In this document: in pieces, positions 45,732-56,274 of the stretch
Layout: the number at the start of each line of letters is the position of its first letter
Position numbering within the stretch: the first letter of the stretch is position 1
Sequence record: ON528732
Source of the DNA: Shigella phage ESh22
DNA: 64,000 nucleotides
Direction: 5' to 3' (one strand)
The notes under the pieces: model-generated
What the model was told of the DNA's origin: nothing
Database searches by the model: none
The model's input: the letters and a program-made list of their open reading frames with translations, nothing else
Made by a program: the position numbers and the translations under genes

Positions 45732-46264
45732 TCATAAGTTTCTCCGTGATTTGCAAACTCTCTATGGAGTTCTTCTCTTTTCTTTCTAACAACATTTTCA
45801 GCCTCAGCTACAGAATCAAACAGTCCGAGGTGATAGCAAACTTTATTATGTTTAACCTGCGCAACCCATCTGCATCTTTGCTTGTGGTAATAGACACCCT
45901 TCACACCAGACTTGTTGTCTTTCCTCTTAGTTGCGTTGCAGTTATTATCTGACCTGCTGCACTCTCTTAAATTGTCGAACCAGTTTTCGTGCCTAATACC
46001 GTTCTTATGGTCAACTAATTTAGGTAGGTAACCTTTTATGTATAAAAATGCTAACCTGTGTGCTGCGTACCTTTTACCAAAAAGTTTTATATAAACATAG
46101 CCGCTATGGTGTTTAACTCCAGCTACAGAGCCAGCTTTAGCCTTACCAGTTCTATCTACTAACCAAGTAAAGACCCCTGTTTCGGGGTCATAGTGTAGGT
46201 ATTCTTTAAGAATCTGCTGAGTTAACATTTGGTGTCCACCCATACTTATCAAAAGTGAAATCAT
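45728..46264 (-). CDS. HNH homing endonuclease with AP2 DNA-binding domain
   Basis: 178 aa; VDHKNGIRHENWFDNLRECSRSDNNCN plus AP2-like SGVKGVYYHKQRCRWVAQV; start may be a downstream ATG. Confidence 0.6.
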   Translation of the reverse strand: MISLLISMGGHQMLTQQILKEYLHYDPETGVFTWLVDRTGKAKAGSVAGVKHHSGYVYIKLFGKRYAAHRLAFLYIKGYLPKLVDHKNGIRHENWFDNLRECSRSDNNCNATKRKDNKSGVKGVYYHKQRCRWVAQVKHNKVCYHLGLFDSVAEAENVVRKKREELHREFANHGETYE

Positions 46265-47252
46265 CTTTCTTGTTTCTTTCCTGATAGGCTAAGAAGAAGT
46301 GTTGCTGCATTAACTCTAAAGGTGTTCTGGTAATTGTCTGGCCATCCCATGAAACATAAGTATAAGAGTCTTTCTTAGCGTAGAGTTCGTAAATTGCATC
46401 AAGACATTCTTTATAAGTGGTTTTACCTTCAAGAGCTTTCATTACTGCAACTTTACCAGCACCTTTTAAACCAAAGTAGTTATCTGCATTATCACCAGCG
46501 ACAGCTTGGTAGCAGAGGAATTTAAATCCCACTCCGACCGCCTTCTTAGCTTTTGGTGTAGATTTTATTGGACAATCCCAAATCTCACCAACGTTATTAT
46601 CAGCAATAAAAATCAATGGGTTTTTCTCATAAGTCATATCAATGCAATAAGTACCTTCAGCTTGACGAAGGTCTTTGTCAATACTCATGAGGGCAGCTTT
46701 TTTACCCATCTTCTCAGCTTTCGCAATAACGATAGAGTCAGCTTCAAATCCATCAAGAATCAGCTTAAACTCAGGTCGTGACAGAAGATACTCACGACAA
46801 GCAACTAGGTGCGTAGGTGTCACCGCTTCTTTTCTGTTACCTTGATATTGGTGTTCAAGACCTTTGATATCCTTGTGTTTGTGAACACCTTTCTCAGTAA
46901 GGTAACCCATCCATTTTCGCTCTTTACCAACGACTTTCAACCACTCCTGAAGAACCTGCTGAGTCGCCATAATAGCTTCTTTTTCACTCTTGGCTTCCTT
47001 CCAAGTCTGTCTTTCCCATTCATCTTCATCAAAGTCAAGTCCAAGTTCCTCTGTAAGAACTCTCTGGTCAGCTAACCATTGTGAAGATAACTTAGCACTA
47101 TCAAAGTCATCAGACTCTTCAGCGGTAAGTTTATTCACATACTTGTACTTTGCTTTTTCAACTACACAAGCACCCTTGTAAGCAATGCTGTCTGCGTCAA
47201 TGAAGACGTGTGTAACGCTTTCTGGGAGCTTTGTAAGTGTATACTGATTCAT
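46206..47252 (-). CDS. 5'-3' exonuclease / flap endonuclease
   Basis: 348 aa; H3TH-type motif VAGDNADNYFGLKGAGKVAV and N-terminal acidic pocket HVFIDADSIAY. Confidence 0.65.
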   Translation of the reverse strand: MNQYTLTKLPESVTHVFIDADSIAYKGACVVEKAKYKYVNKLTAEESDDFDSAKLSSQWLADQRVLTEELGLDFDEDEWERQTWKEAKSEKEAIMATQQVLQEWLKVVGKERKWMGYLTEKGVHKHKDIKGLEHQYQGNRKEAVTPTHLVACREYLLSRPEFKLILDGFEADSIVIAKAEKMGKKAALMSIDKDLRQAEGTYCIDMTYEKNPLIFIADNNVGEIWDCPIKSTPKAKKAVGVGFKFLCYQAVAGDNADNYFGLKGAGKVAVMKALEGKTTYKECLDAIYELYAKKDSYTYVSWDGQTITRTPLELMQQHFFLAYQERNKKDDFTFDKYGWTPNVNSADS

Positions 47253-47263
47253 TGTACCTCCAT

Positions 47264-47296
47264 ACGAAAAAGCCCTATACGTTCTGTACAGGGCTT
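47264..47296 (-). terminator. rho-independent terminator
   Basis: Minus-strand hairpin AGCCCTGTACAGAACGTATAGGGCT followed by TTTTT. Confidence 0.55.
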
Positions 47297-47314
47297 TGTA
47301 GTAACTACTGAGAA

Positions 47315-48160
47315 TTAATCTTCAGTATCGAAATCATCATCATCATCCGGTGTTGGTAGGTCGTCATCGTCATCACCACCTTTATCATCATCAGAATCTT
47401 TTGCATCTTCTTCAGAGATTTCACCGTTGTCTTCAACACCTGCGAGACCAAGCAGTGCCAGTTCGTCTTCATCAAGTTCAGTCTCGGTTGCACCACCAGT
47501 ACCACCAGTGTATGGAACCAGAGTATCAATGATAAACTGCTCCTGAATTGGCTTAGTCAGAACGTTACCTTCGAAGGTGTAGAAGTGAGTCGAAAGAATC
47601 ACACTACCAAAAGAACCATTACCGACTGCAATATCTGGACAGACAACATCGTAAGTCTTGTCATCGTCATGCTTGTCAGATTTTGCTGCCTTAATTTTCT
47701 TCATAGGTTGCTTAACCGCAACACGTTTACCGTTCAGTTCTTCAACCAGCATCACAGGAAAACTCTGTTTTGCTGACCATACAGCACCATCTTTGTAAGC
47801 TGCTGAACGGCTAACCTTCAGGATGTAATAAGTGTCAGCTTCGAATGGAGGCTCACAACCAAACTTCTCTTCAAAGTCATCTGCATCAACAGTCTCTGTA
47901 GTGACCTTATCCCAACCATCTGGATTTTTTTTAGACTTGGTGAACTCTTTAAAGAGCTTGTTACCGTCTTTTGCCAGAATTGAAACGCTGTAATTACAGT
48001 CTTTGCCTGGGAAATGTTTGTCTACAGACTTGCCCTTCTGAGGGCGTGGAATAGTATTCAGGTAGTAGAACCAAACATCTTTCAGCAGGTAACGATAAGT
48101 TTCAAGTTCTTTACCGTTGTATTTTTCTACCGGAGATTTCATTTTAACAACTTTAGACAT
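47315..48160 (-). CDS. single-stranded DNA-binding protein-like, acidic C-terminal tail
   Basis: 281 aa; extreme acidic tail ending DDDDDFDTED; position between primase-helicase and exonuclease. Confidence 0.45.
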   Translation of the reverse strand: MSKVVKMKSPVEKYNGKELETYRYLLKDVWFYYLNTIPRPQKGKSVDKHFPGKDCNYSVSILAKDGNKLFKEFTKSKKNPDGWDKVTTETVDADDFEEKFGCEPPFEADTYYILKVSRSAAYKDGAVWSAKQSFPVMLVEELNGKRVAVKQPMKKIKAAKSDKHDDDKTYDVVCPDIAVGNGSFGSVILSTHFYTFEGNVLTKPIQEQFIIDTLVPYTGGTGGATETELDEDELALLGLAGVEDNGEISEEDAKDSDDDKGGDDDDDLPTPDDDDDFDTED

Positions 48161-48247
48161 TTTAATACCTCTTTCTCAAATTAACTATCAATTCAAATCT
48201 TATTGGGAGTACAATCTTACATGCTTCATACCCCCATGTCAAACATT

Positions 48248-48385
48248 TTAAGCAGCTTTCTTGGCAGCTTTACGAGCAGTCTTACCAGTGCGAACTCGCT
48301 TCGTTTCGTAATGTTCAGCAGACTTACCAGCAGTTGCTTTCAGGGAATCACCAAATACTGCTTCAAATGCTTTAGAGTGTTTCAT
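48248..48385 (-). CDS. small basic protein (45 aa)
   Basis: ORF below track cut-off with GGAG RBS. Confidence 0.3.
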   Translation of the reverse strand: MKHSKAFEAVFGDSLKATAGKSAEHYETKRVRTGKTARKAAKKAA

Positions 48386-48666
48386 TTTGTGCTCCGATAT
48401 ATTTCATATTCAAATGTTTTTAAAGTCAAGGTAAAAAGATAAATTGTTTCAGCTTTGTCAATTGACAGTGCAAACAAGTCTTTATCTTCACGGCTTTCAT
48501 GTTCATAAGTAACATCATGCCCCTTGTTGATTAGTACTTTAGCGAACTCTTCAATCTTAGTCAAGCAATCTTTTGCAAATTTTTTAGTGCTATTTTCTGA
48601 ATAGAAGGGCGTGATGCCCTCCTTCAGATAACTATCAGTCAGTTTCAAACGGGCAGTCATCATCAC
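48382..48666 (-). CDS. hypothetical protein
   Basis: Track ORF 48382..48927 overlaps primase 3' end; start moved to internal ATG at 48666. Confidence 0.3.
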   Translation of the reverse strand: MMMTARLKLTDSYLKEGITPFYSENSTKKFAKDCLTKIEEFAKVLINKGHDVTYEHESREDKDLFALSIDKAETIYLFTLTLKTFEYEIYRSTK

Positions 48667-50665
48667 CATCCTCATTGATTGCAGGAGGAATTGTAGAACT
48701 CTGACGTTGCTCTTGAGTATACAACTCTCCAGTGTCACGGTCAAATGCTTCATCTTCATAGTGTGGCATGGTATCATCGTAATGGTCTTCAGCATCACCA
48801 ATACCATACTGCTGACGGATATTCTCTGCTGCACCATCAATATCAACACCACAACCAGCAGCCTTGATAAGACGGCCTGTTTCTGGATTATACCAAGTGT
48901 GACCAGCAATACCAGTGGATTTACCATGACGACGACATTTAGTTAACTTGATTTTTGTCAAGTTTTTCTTAACAGGGTCTGGGTCAACCTTGTTGCGCAT
49001 TAACAAAATGTTGTTCATAGAAATCTGGAAGTATGCACCAGAACCCTTGATATCTTCTTCAGAGATATCTCCACCTTCAGAGTTAGCTTTCTGACCACCT
49101 GCACTCTTACGAACGTGACAGACGTTTACCTGAGCATACTGATAACGCTTGCAACGACGCAACAGTTCAGACAGGACTTCTTCTTCGTCAGTATCAGAGC
49201 GTGACAAAGCCAATGTAATTGGGTCAAGGATGATAATCTTACAATCAAGACTATTAACAAGATAGTCAACAAATTCTAGCAAGTTGTCTTGGTCAATTGC
49301 CCCTTGATGGTCTACGATGTGAATACGACGACCTTTTGACAAATCCGCATGTGCTCCTTTTAGCTCATCCCAATCTCGCTCATCGTAAGGAATCTCTGAA
49401 ATCTGCTTACTTAGATGGATTGCACAGAGCATTTCCATAAGTTCTTCGTAAGTATCTTCTACAGGAATTACACCAATGTTGTACTCAGTATCTTTCCATG
49501 CTGTATAAATCATTTCACGAGTATAGGCAGATTTACCAACAGATGACGGTGCAGCCAGTGTAGTGATTTCGCCTAACCCATAACCACCATAAGTTAACTT
49601 GTTCAAATCCCCGAAAGATTCTGGAAAAGGAATCAAAGGAATCTGACCACGATTCTTCATTGCTTCGAAACCATCTGCAAAGTTCTTAATACCAGCAGGG
49701 CAGTAACGAGGTGCATTATAGATTCTCTGCTTAAACCCTTCTAAGACTGTATCTTTGTCTTTAAAGAATTTAGTCCACCACTCACTAAGGTCTTTGACAC
49801 CTTCAGGGTACTGGAACAGTCGAACCTTTTCAATAGGAAGGATACCAGCAGCTTCCTTAGTTACCTTGGCACCTGCTTCATCGTTGTCGAAGCAAAGGTA
49901 AATCTCATCAAAGGATGTGATGTACTGATAATTCTCCTTGATAGACTTAACGTTTGCACCAGATGGGACAGATACGTGACAGTAGTTCTTTCTACGTGAC
50001 TTATCCTTAATTGCCAAAGAAGTCATATAGACTGCTGTAGCACACTCCATCTCACCTTCCCAGATGAATAAGCGATTACCACCTTCAGGTGCAATCCATG
50101 AACCGAACATAGCCAGTTCACCTTTGATATCACCTACACCACCTGAGAAGTCTTTTAACTTACCACGAAGCTGTTCTTTAGGGTGGTCATCAGGGTATTT
50201 GTGACGAACTCGATAACCAACATGCTTCAATTTCCCATCTTCATCCTTCTTATAAGTTGGATAGAAATGAGCGTCAATATCTCCATTCTCATCTACGTCA
50301 ACTTTAATACCAAGACGTTCTAAAACCTTTGCAGGAATCTTCCTGTCTTTTAAATCCATTGCTTCGAGGTTTTCTTTAACATCATCTAAATCCATACCAC
50401 GAAACTTACGATTTTTACTATCAGAACCTGTAGACATTGTGCTAACAATTTGACCTTTATCAAAATCCCACTCTGGAAAACCTTTACCACAACTAAAACA
50501 AGTCATTGAATATGAGTCGTCGTCGTGATGATAAATTGAACCTGCATCTGAAGAATCACATTTAGGACATGCACAATGTCCTACAAATTGACCAGCTTCT
50601 TTTAATTTTCTTGGTTTAGCCATTGACACCTCTACGACGCAGTTCTGCTTTAAGACCATTCTCAA
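48635..50665 (-). CDS. DNA primase-helicase (T7 gp4-like)
   Basis: 676 aa; N-terminal zinc ribbon CPKCDSS...CFSCG, central TOPRIM region, DnaB-type Walker A AAPSSVGKS. Confidence 0.8.
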   Translation of the reverse strand: MRMVLKQNCVVEVSMAKPRKLKEAGQFVGHCACPKCDSSDAGSIYHHDDDSYSMTCFSCGKGFPEWDFDKGQIVSTMSTGSDSKNRKFRGMDLDDVKENLEAMDLKDRKIPAKVLERLGIKVDVDENGDIDAHFYPTYKKDEDGKLKHVGYRVRHKYPDDHPKEQLRGKLKDFSGGVGDIKGELAMFGSWIAPEGGNRLFIWEGEMECATAVYMTSLAIKDKSRRKNYCHVSVPSGANVKSIKENYQYITSFDEIYLCFDNDEAGAKVTKEAAGILPIEKVRLFQYPEGVKDLSEWWTKFFKDKDTVLEGFKQRIYNAPRYCPAGIKNFADGFEAMKNRGQIPLIPFPESFGDLNKLTYGGYGLGEITTLAAPSSVGKSAYTREMIYTAWKDTEYNIGVIPVEDTYEELMEMLCAIHLSKQISEIPYDERDWDELKGAHADLSKGRRIHIVDHQGAIDQDNLLEFVDYLVNSLDCKIIILDPITLALSRSDTDEEEVLSELLRRCKRYQYAQVNVCHVRKSAGGQKANSEGGDISEEDIKGSGAYFQISMNNILLMRNKVDPDPVKKNLTKIKLTKCRRHGKSTGIAGHTWYNPETGRLIKAAGCGVDIDGAAENIRQQYGIGDAEDHYDDTMPHYEDEAFDRDTGELYTQEQRQSSTIPPAINEDGDDDCPFETD

Positions 50666-50813
50666 TCTTATCTAATTCATGAATTTCTTCTGCAATCTCT
50701 TTCCGACGAGAAGCGACCCTTTCAAGTCGCTCCATCATTACTTCTTTAGAAAGAGATGAGAGTTCTACACTACGGTGGTCAACAACTTTCAAGTTATTAT
50801 CTCTCATCTTCAA
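50616..50813 (-). CDS. hypothetical protein
   Basis: 65 aa ORF overlapping primase start. Confidence 0.3.
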   Translation of the reverse strand: MKMRDNNLKVVDHRSVELSSLSKEVMMERLERVASRRKEIAEEIHELDKIENGLKAELRRRGVNG

Positions 50814-50820
50814 TATCTCT

Positions 50821-51558
50821 CTATTTTATGATGACTTTCAGTTTATCTGCAAGTTCATCTATTGTTCCGTTGTTCTGAATAATATCTCTTTCGAAGCGTG
50901 TAGAGATACCTTTTTCAGAATGGTGTGAAGCAACCTGCTCAATACCATTTCTGGTCACTTCGATGATTTGACTATTATAGCTCTTGATAAATTCCGCTTC
51001 AATATCAAACCTCAAATCACAAATTAGGATTACTGGAATGTGGCCTTTTCTTTCTGTTTCACCATAAAACTTTTCTATTCTTTCTGCAAGGTCAATAATC
51101 CAGAAACGCTCCCCAAGGATTTTACGAATAACCTCACTACCCCAAACTTGTTGGATTTGTCGTGAAGAGAAGATGTATTCATTCCTGAAACCCATCCTTG
51201 TCAAGAGAGTCGGTTTAGCAACCTTCTTCAGTTCTTTGATAAGTCTGTCTGTGATTTCACCACAAAGTTTCTCATCATTATGTATACCTTTATCTTTCAA
51301 GTGTCTGAAGAAAGAATATTTAACGTTACTATGCACATTTGAGAATGTTAAGTCAAATTTCTGAGGTTTCTCTTTGGTGTCGCCATACAAGTCTTGCCAA
51401 TCTAAGTCAAAGATATCTCCAGCAGTTGCTTTAAGATTATCTGCGAACGCAAAGACTTTAACAGTGTAGCCTTCTTCAATCAAGTGGTTCTTAACGATGG
51501 TGCAGGAAGTATCTTTACCAGAACGTGCCTTACCAGTGAATGCAATAATACTCTTCAT
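50821..51558 (-). CDS. deoxynucleoside monophosphate kinase
   Basis: Track ORF 50821..51588; start moved to ATG at 51558; P-loop FTGKARSGKDT. Confidence 0.6.
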   Translation of the reverse strand: MKSIIAFTGKARSGKDTSCTIVKNHLIEEGYTVKVFAFADNLKATAGDIFDLDWQDLYGDTKEKPQKFDLTFSNVHSNVKYSFFRHLKDKGIHNDEKLCGEITDRLIKELKKVAKPTLLTRMGFRNEYIFSSRQIQQVWGSEVIRKILGERFWIIDLAERIEKFYGETERKGHIPVILICDLRFDIEAEFIKSYNSQIIEVTRNGIEQVASHHSEKGISTRFERDIIQNNGTIDELADKLKVIIK

Positions 51559-51616
51559 AATATACCTCTCATAATAAAAAGCCCCCAATTAAGGAGGCTT
51601 GGGGAAAACAATTGTA

Positions 51617-52420
51617 TTAGTGAATCTGGTTAGAGTCCAGTTTTTCTTTTTCAGAGATAGCCTGAAGAGTCTCAACAAACTCATCACCGAAGTGGATAGC
51701 AATTTTCTCTTGGAGTACTGCTGCACCAGTCTGCATAATGACTTCGCGTAGTGCTTCACCACTTACATCACCAGCAATCTGTTCAACAAACTCGATAGGT
51801 GCATCAATCAGTTGAGCGACTTCAAACAGAGCGTGGATACCCATTACAGTGATGATTGATGGGACCAATGCGGTAAGTTTAACCTGAATCTCATCAAGTC
51901 CATGTTCAGCTTCACGCGCAACAACCTCTTTAAGTTGCTCACTAGTAAGGGCCACCATCTCCAGCACTCGCTCAAAGATATCTACGAATCCCCAATCAAG
52001 TTGTTCATAGCGTGGAAGTTTATCTTGAACACGCTTCTCAAGAACAGCCATAACACTTGCAATTGAGTTGATAATCAGTTCAAAGGTAGCATCTTCAGAG
52101 AAGTTAAGGATTCCTTCTTTCTCTTCCTCAGAAAGAACTTTGAAGTCACCAGTCTGCATGTTGTCAAAGATATAACCAGCAAAGGCATCTACACCAACCG
52201 CTACAGATGCCAGAGCTAGTTTACGGTCACTTAGAAGGAGTTTAACTTGCGAGCGAAACGATGACTCATCAGAGATATCTCCATTAACCTGATATGATTC
52301 AGGCATTACCTTGGAACTAAATGTGTTGCTACGCATTACAATAGCAAGACTTTCAATTGTATTGAGCATAAAGTTGCTATCAATACCTTTTGAGGACAGC
52401 ATTTCATTTACAGTAGTCAT
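51617..52420 (-). CDS. hypothetical protein
   Basis: 267 aa ORF. Confidence 0.5.
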   Translation of the reverse strand: MTTVNEMLSSKGIDSNFMLNTIESLAIVMRSNTFSSKVMPESYQVNGDISDESSFRSQVKLLLSDRKLALASVAVGVDAFAGYIFDNMQTGDFKVLSEEEKEGILNFSEDATFELIINSIASVMAVLEKRVQDKLPRYEQLDWGFVDIFERVLEMVALTSEQLKEVVAREAEHGLDEIQVKLTALVPSIITVMGIHALFEVAQLIDAPIEFVEQIAGDVSGEALREVIMQTGAAVLQEKIAIHFGDEFVETLQAISEKEKLDSNQIH

Positions 52421-52421
52421 A

Positions 52422-52844
52422 TTAATTCTCTCTTATTTTGTTAATAGTTAGTCGTGATAATCTTAAGCTTTCTTGTGAAGAGAAGTCAAGTCCTTTTTCA
52501 GACCTTGGGAAGTAATTCCTGTCCCATGTATTCTCTGCATCCTGAAGCAGTTGTGATAGACTATCTAAATCCGTTCCATTTTGCAACTTATTTTTTAAGG
52601 TATCTATCAAAAAGATAGTATCTTTTGCTTTACGTCTTTCTGAAGATATCTCTTTCATGTGCTCAAAGACTGAACACTTCATCTTATCGTCGTACCCTTC
52701 TGACAACTCTATCTCATGCTGCACATCAACCATACGTCGATGATGGAAAGCATATTCCTTCTGTGCTTCTAAGTCAAGCCTTTCAAGTTTCTCTAAAGCA
52801 TCAATGAAGTTTTGTATATCTGGGTGAATGTACATCCTCTGCAT
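52422..52844 (-). CDS. hypothetical protein
   Basis: 140 aa ORF. Confidence 0.5.
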   Translation of the reverse strand: MQRMYIHPDIQNFIDALEKLERLDLEAQKEYAFHHRRMVDVQHEIELSEGYDDKMKCSVFEHMKEISSERRKAKDTIFLIDTLKNKLQNGTDLDSLSQLLQDAENTWDRNYFPRSEKGLDFSSQESLRLSRLTINKIREN

Positions 52845-53103
52845 AATTGCCTCTACTAAGTTTCTATAAAGATTTTAATCTCTTATCTTTACGTATTCTA
52901 TACGTATAACTTTAAAGCTTTTAAAAGACTATTAAAAATCTTTTAAGGGTTTTAAAGAATCTGTATAGTTAACCTGTAAAGAGAGTCTATTAAGATAAAA
53001 CCCACTCCGCAAAGATTAACACCTTGTCAAGTGCTTTGTCAACTTGCTTTTTCATAAAAATTGGAGTAGGGTATTAAGCAGTATGATTTGAGAGGGAGTT
53101 AAA

Positions 53104-55803
53104 ATGAACAATGTAGATTTTGAGAACTTACATTTGGTTGGTGATACAGAAACTGACGGGTTGCTGCTTGAGTTTACAAAAGCTCACGTTATGGCATTCG
53201 CAGATTACAAAGATGATAGTGATGAACCTGCTGTGTGGGTTTTCACTGATGAGCCTATCCTTGGTCACAAGTATACAAAATACATCAAAGGTGGTTTGCG
53301 TGAAGGTGTGGAGTTTGCATTGAAAGCCAAACGCCTTTGTATCCACAATGGTCTTGGTTATGACTGGTGGGTGTTCAACCATATTGCACCTGACCTGTGG
53401 AACTTTGATAATCCTAAGTGTAAACCTTGGAGTGACTTCTTTCAGGATTCACTTATCCAATCTCGTGTGCAGTGGATGGATAGACCTACACCAAAAGGCT
53501 ACAAGGGTGCTCATGGCTTGGCTGCATGGGGTGCTCGTGTCGGTGTTCGTAAACCAGAGATTGAAGAGTGGGGTGTGTGGAACGCTGATATTCTTAACCG
53601 TGTTGTTGAGGATATTCGAATCAACGCCAAAGCAAAACGTGCTATGGATAATGAATACCTTAAGCTTAAGAAGTGTGGTGTAGATACTTACGAAACCTAC
53701 ATGCGAGCTAAAGAGACTTCTTTCTGGATGAGTCAACAAGCTATTAATGGTTGGAAAGCTAACATTGACCTTATGAAGTCCTGTGTAGAAGAACTGGATA
53801 AGATGACTTCTGAGTTAGCCTCTGAAGTTGAACCGTTCCTACCTCCGACTATTAAGACGAAAGGTAAAGTAACTGGTGAAGAGTTTGCCAAGGCATGGAA
53901 TGAGTATGTTGAAACATTTGGTCATGTAGATGGTTTGAAACGTATCACAAAGTATCCAAAGACAAAGTATCGTGAGCAGATGCGTGAAGGGGAACTGAAG
54001 ACGTACCCTATCAAGCCATATGGGAAACCAACTACAAAGATTTTCAACATTGAGAAACGTAATTGCTACACTCCAACTAACACTGTCACTGGCGAAGAGT
54101 ACAGGGAAGGTTTTGTAGCAATGAAAGATGCTCGTGCAATCTGCAATGAGTTGAATGCTAAGGTTGGCAAGAAGTGTAAGGATTGGAAGCCAGTTAAGAC
54201 AGTTAAAACTGTGAAGTACTACAATAACCACGTAGTAAATCACTTTGAAATGGAGTCAAGCCGTTACACAGGTCTTGTTGATGCACCTTATACACCAATT
54301 GAGTTTGAAGTTTCACGTATGACTCAAGTTGCAGTGGTGAAGGAATACTTGAAATCTGTTGGCTGGATTCCTGATGATTGGAACTACAAAAAGGATTCTG
54401 ATAACCGTCCAATCAAGGTATGCCGCTTCAAAGATAATAAGAAGATGATTCGTAAACATCCTAAGTGGGATGAGATGGTTGAACGTTGTGGATTGAACTA
54501 CATTGAGCATGAAGGGGTTCATTACATTGAGTATAACTGGTCTGTTAGGAAGTACACAGATTTGCTTGAGCCTTGCTTGATTCGTACTTCACCTAAACTT
54601 ACTGAATCTTCTTATGACACCATTGAAGGTGAACTTGGACAAAAGATTGCGAAGTACTATACTTTGATGCACCGACGTAGAACTATTGAGAACTCAAAAG
54701 ATGACGAGAAAGGTTGGTTAAACCAGATTCGTCCAGATGGTCGCTTGAGTGCTGGTGCAATGGTGTTTGGTACTTCAACTGGTCGTATGACACAGTATGG
54801 TATTGTGAACGTACCTTCTGGGGCTGCTGTTTACGGGGAACCAATGAGGGCAGTCTGGATTTGTGAAGAAGGAACCAACGTAGTATCCGTTGATATGAAC
54901 TCTGCACAGCTTGTGTTACTGTGTAACTTTATGGGTGATAAAGAGTTCACCAAAGCAGTAACAGAAGGTAAGGAAGAAATTGAGTTTATTCGTCAAGAAG
55001 ATGGTCGCTATTACTGCAAACACTTCGACGAATACCTTAACCCAGAAGTTGACAAGTATCTGCGTTATGACTCTGAAAACGACTTGTACGTAGTCTATTC
55101 AGGCACTGATGCTCACACACTGAACAGTATTTACTTCAGCTTGAATGATGAGCAGGATATCTTGACTTGTCGTATGACTCAGGATGAGAATCTTCTCCAT
55201 GAGATTAGTAAGGGTCGTAAGAAAGCTAAGAACGGTATCTATGCACTGCTGTTCGGTGCGGGTGATGAGAAGTTTGCTAAGACCATCAAAGCTTCAACTA
55301 CTCAAGAAGGTGCATTGACTAAGCAGACTTACTTTGTTCGTTTGCCGAAGATTAAGAAACTGATTGATAACTTAGAAGCTGACTTTAAAGCAACTAAGAA
55401 AGCTCTTGAAGAGGTCTTTGGTAAAACTGCTGCAATTGCTAAAGGTGGATTTGTTCAGGTTGCTGGGGCGTGGTTGTGGTGTAAATCTCCACACAAACTC
55501 TTGAACTATCTGTTGATGGGTTCAGAAGCACAAGTTCAGAATGAAGCAATCAACCTTGCTTGTCGTCGTATGATTGATGAAGGTTTGATGAAACTAAATG
55601 GTCGTAAGCCAGCTATCGGTGCTCGTTTACTTTGTGCTTACCACGACGAAACAAGCTGGGAATGTCCAGAAAGCATGACAGCAGAAGTTAAGGCAGTAAC
55701 TGACTGGTATTATGGTCAAGCTTCTAAAAACTTGGGACTGAAGAAGGATACTTTGGTAACGGGTACTGGTAAGGTTGGTAAATCGTGGCTTGAAGTCCAC
55801 TAA
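53104..55803 (+). CDS. DNA polymerase, family A, with 3'-5' exonuclease domain
   Basis: 899 aa; Exo I VGDTETDG, motif B KKAKNGIYALLFGAG, motif C CAYHDETSWE. Confidence 0.85.
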   Translation: MNNVDFENLHLVGDTETDGLLLEFTKAHVMAFADYKDDSDEPAVWVFTDEPILGHKYTKYIKGGLREGVEFALKAKRLCIHNGLGYDWWVFNHIAPDLWNFDNPKCKPWSDFFQDSLIQSRVQWMDRPTPKGYKGAHGLAAWGARVGVRKPEIEEWGVWNADILNRVVEDIRINAKAKRAMDNEYLKLKKCGVDTYETYMRAKETSFWMSQQAINGWKANIDLMKSCVEELDKMTSELASEVEPFLPPTIKTKGKVTGEEFAKAWNEYVETFGHVDGLKRITKYPKTKYREQMREGELKTYPIKPYGKPTTKIFNIEKRNCYTPTNTVTGEEYREGFVAMKDARAICNELNAKVGKKCKDWKPVKTVKTVKYYNNHVVNHFEMESSRYTGLVDAPYTPIEFEVSRMTQVAVVKEYLKSVGWIPDDWNYKKDSDNRPIKVCRFKDNKKMIRKHPKWDEMVERCGLNYIEHEGVHYIEYNWSVRKYTDLLEPCLIRTSPKLTESSYDTIEGELGQKIAKYYTLMHRRRTIENSKDDEKGWLNQIRPDGRLSAGAMVFGTSTGRMTQYGIVNVPSGAAVYGEPMRAVWICEEGTNVVSVDMNSAQLVLLCNFMGDKEFTKAVTEGKEEIEFIRQEDGRYYCKHFDEYLNPEVDKYLRYDSENDLYVVYSGTDAHTLNSIYFSLNDEQDILTCRMTQDENLLHEISKGRKKAKNGIYALLFGAGDEKFAKTIKASTTQEGALTKQTYFVRLPKIKKLIDNLEADFKATKKALEEVFGKTAAIAKGGFVQVAGAWLWCKSPHKLLNYLLMGSEAQVQNEAINLACRRMIDEGLMKLNGRKPAIGARLLCAYHDETSWECPESMTAEVKAVTDWYYGQASKNLGLKKDTLVTGTGKVGKSWLEVH

Positions 55804-55864
55804 TAGTGTTGACAAGGTGCTCATGGAAGAGTACCATATACTCTATATTGTATAGGAGACTTGT

Positions 55865-56065
55865 ATGACTATTTCAGAAATTGAAGTTCAACTGCAATGT
55901 GCTGGATATTCTCAAAGTGAGATTGAGGCTATGTGCATCATCATTTGCAGTAGCCATAAGCACCTCAAGCTTTCTAATGAAAATCTTTTCAAGGTTGATA
56001 TTTTTATCGCTGGGGGCAAGATTATCAAGGATAAGACAGGCTACCTTAAAGGTGAACGTCTATGA
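55865..56065 (+). CDS. hypothetical protein
   Basis: 66 aa ORF. Confidence 0.4.
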   Translation: MTISEIEVQLQCAGYSQSEIEAMCIIICSSHKHLKLSNENLFKVDIFIAGGKIIKDKTGYLKGERL

Positions 56066-56274
56066 GCCACCGTGGAAGAACCCATCTCGCCATGATGCAA
56101 GGTGCTTCAAAAGATACTATCAAGAATCGGAAGAAAACTCTTTTTGACAGAATGAATAGACTCATTGATAATGCGAGCCTACCTAACTCTGAAAAGGTTT
56201 TCTTGAAAGGGAATCTGAAGAGTATTGCACAGGAACTTATTGACATTGAATTTTGGAGAAATCAAAATGAGTAA
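56062..56274 (+). CDS. hypothetical protein
   Basis: 70 aa ORF. Confidence 0.4.
   Translation: MSHRGRTHLAMMQGASKDTIKNRKKTLFDRMNRLIDNASLPNSEKVFLKGNLKSIAQELIDIEFWRNQNE

Noticed and set aside
47315-48160. DNA-mimic anti-restriction protein suggested by the extreme acidic tail
   Set aside because: The acidity is confined to the C-terminal 60 residues and the gene sits among replication genes, which fits an SSB-type tail better; left as an SSB-like call.
53128-54522. Several antisense or out-of-frame ORFs of 60-134 aa inside the DNA polymerase gene
   Set aside because: They are fully embedded in a long, motif-supported CDS on the other strand or frame; the same applies to similar ORFs inside nrdA, nrdD, the primase-helicase and rIIA genes.
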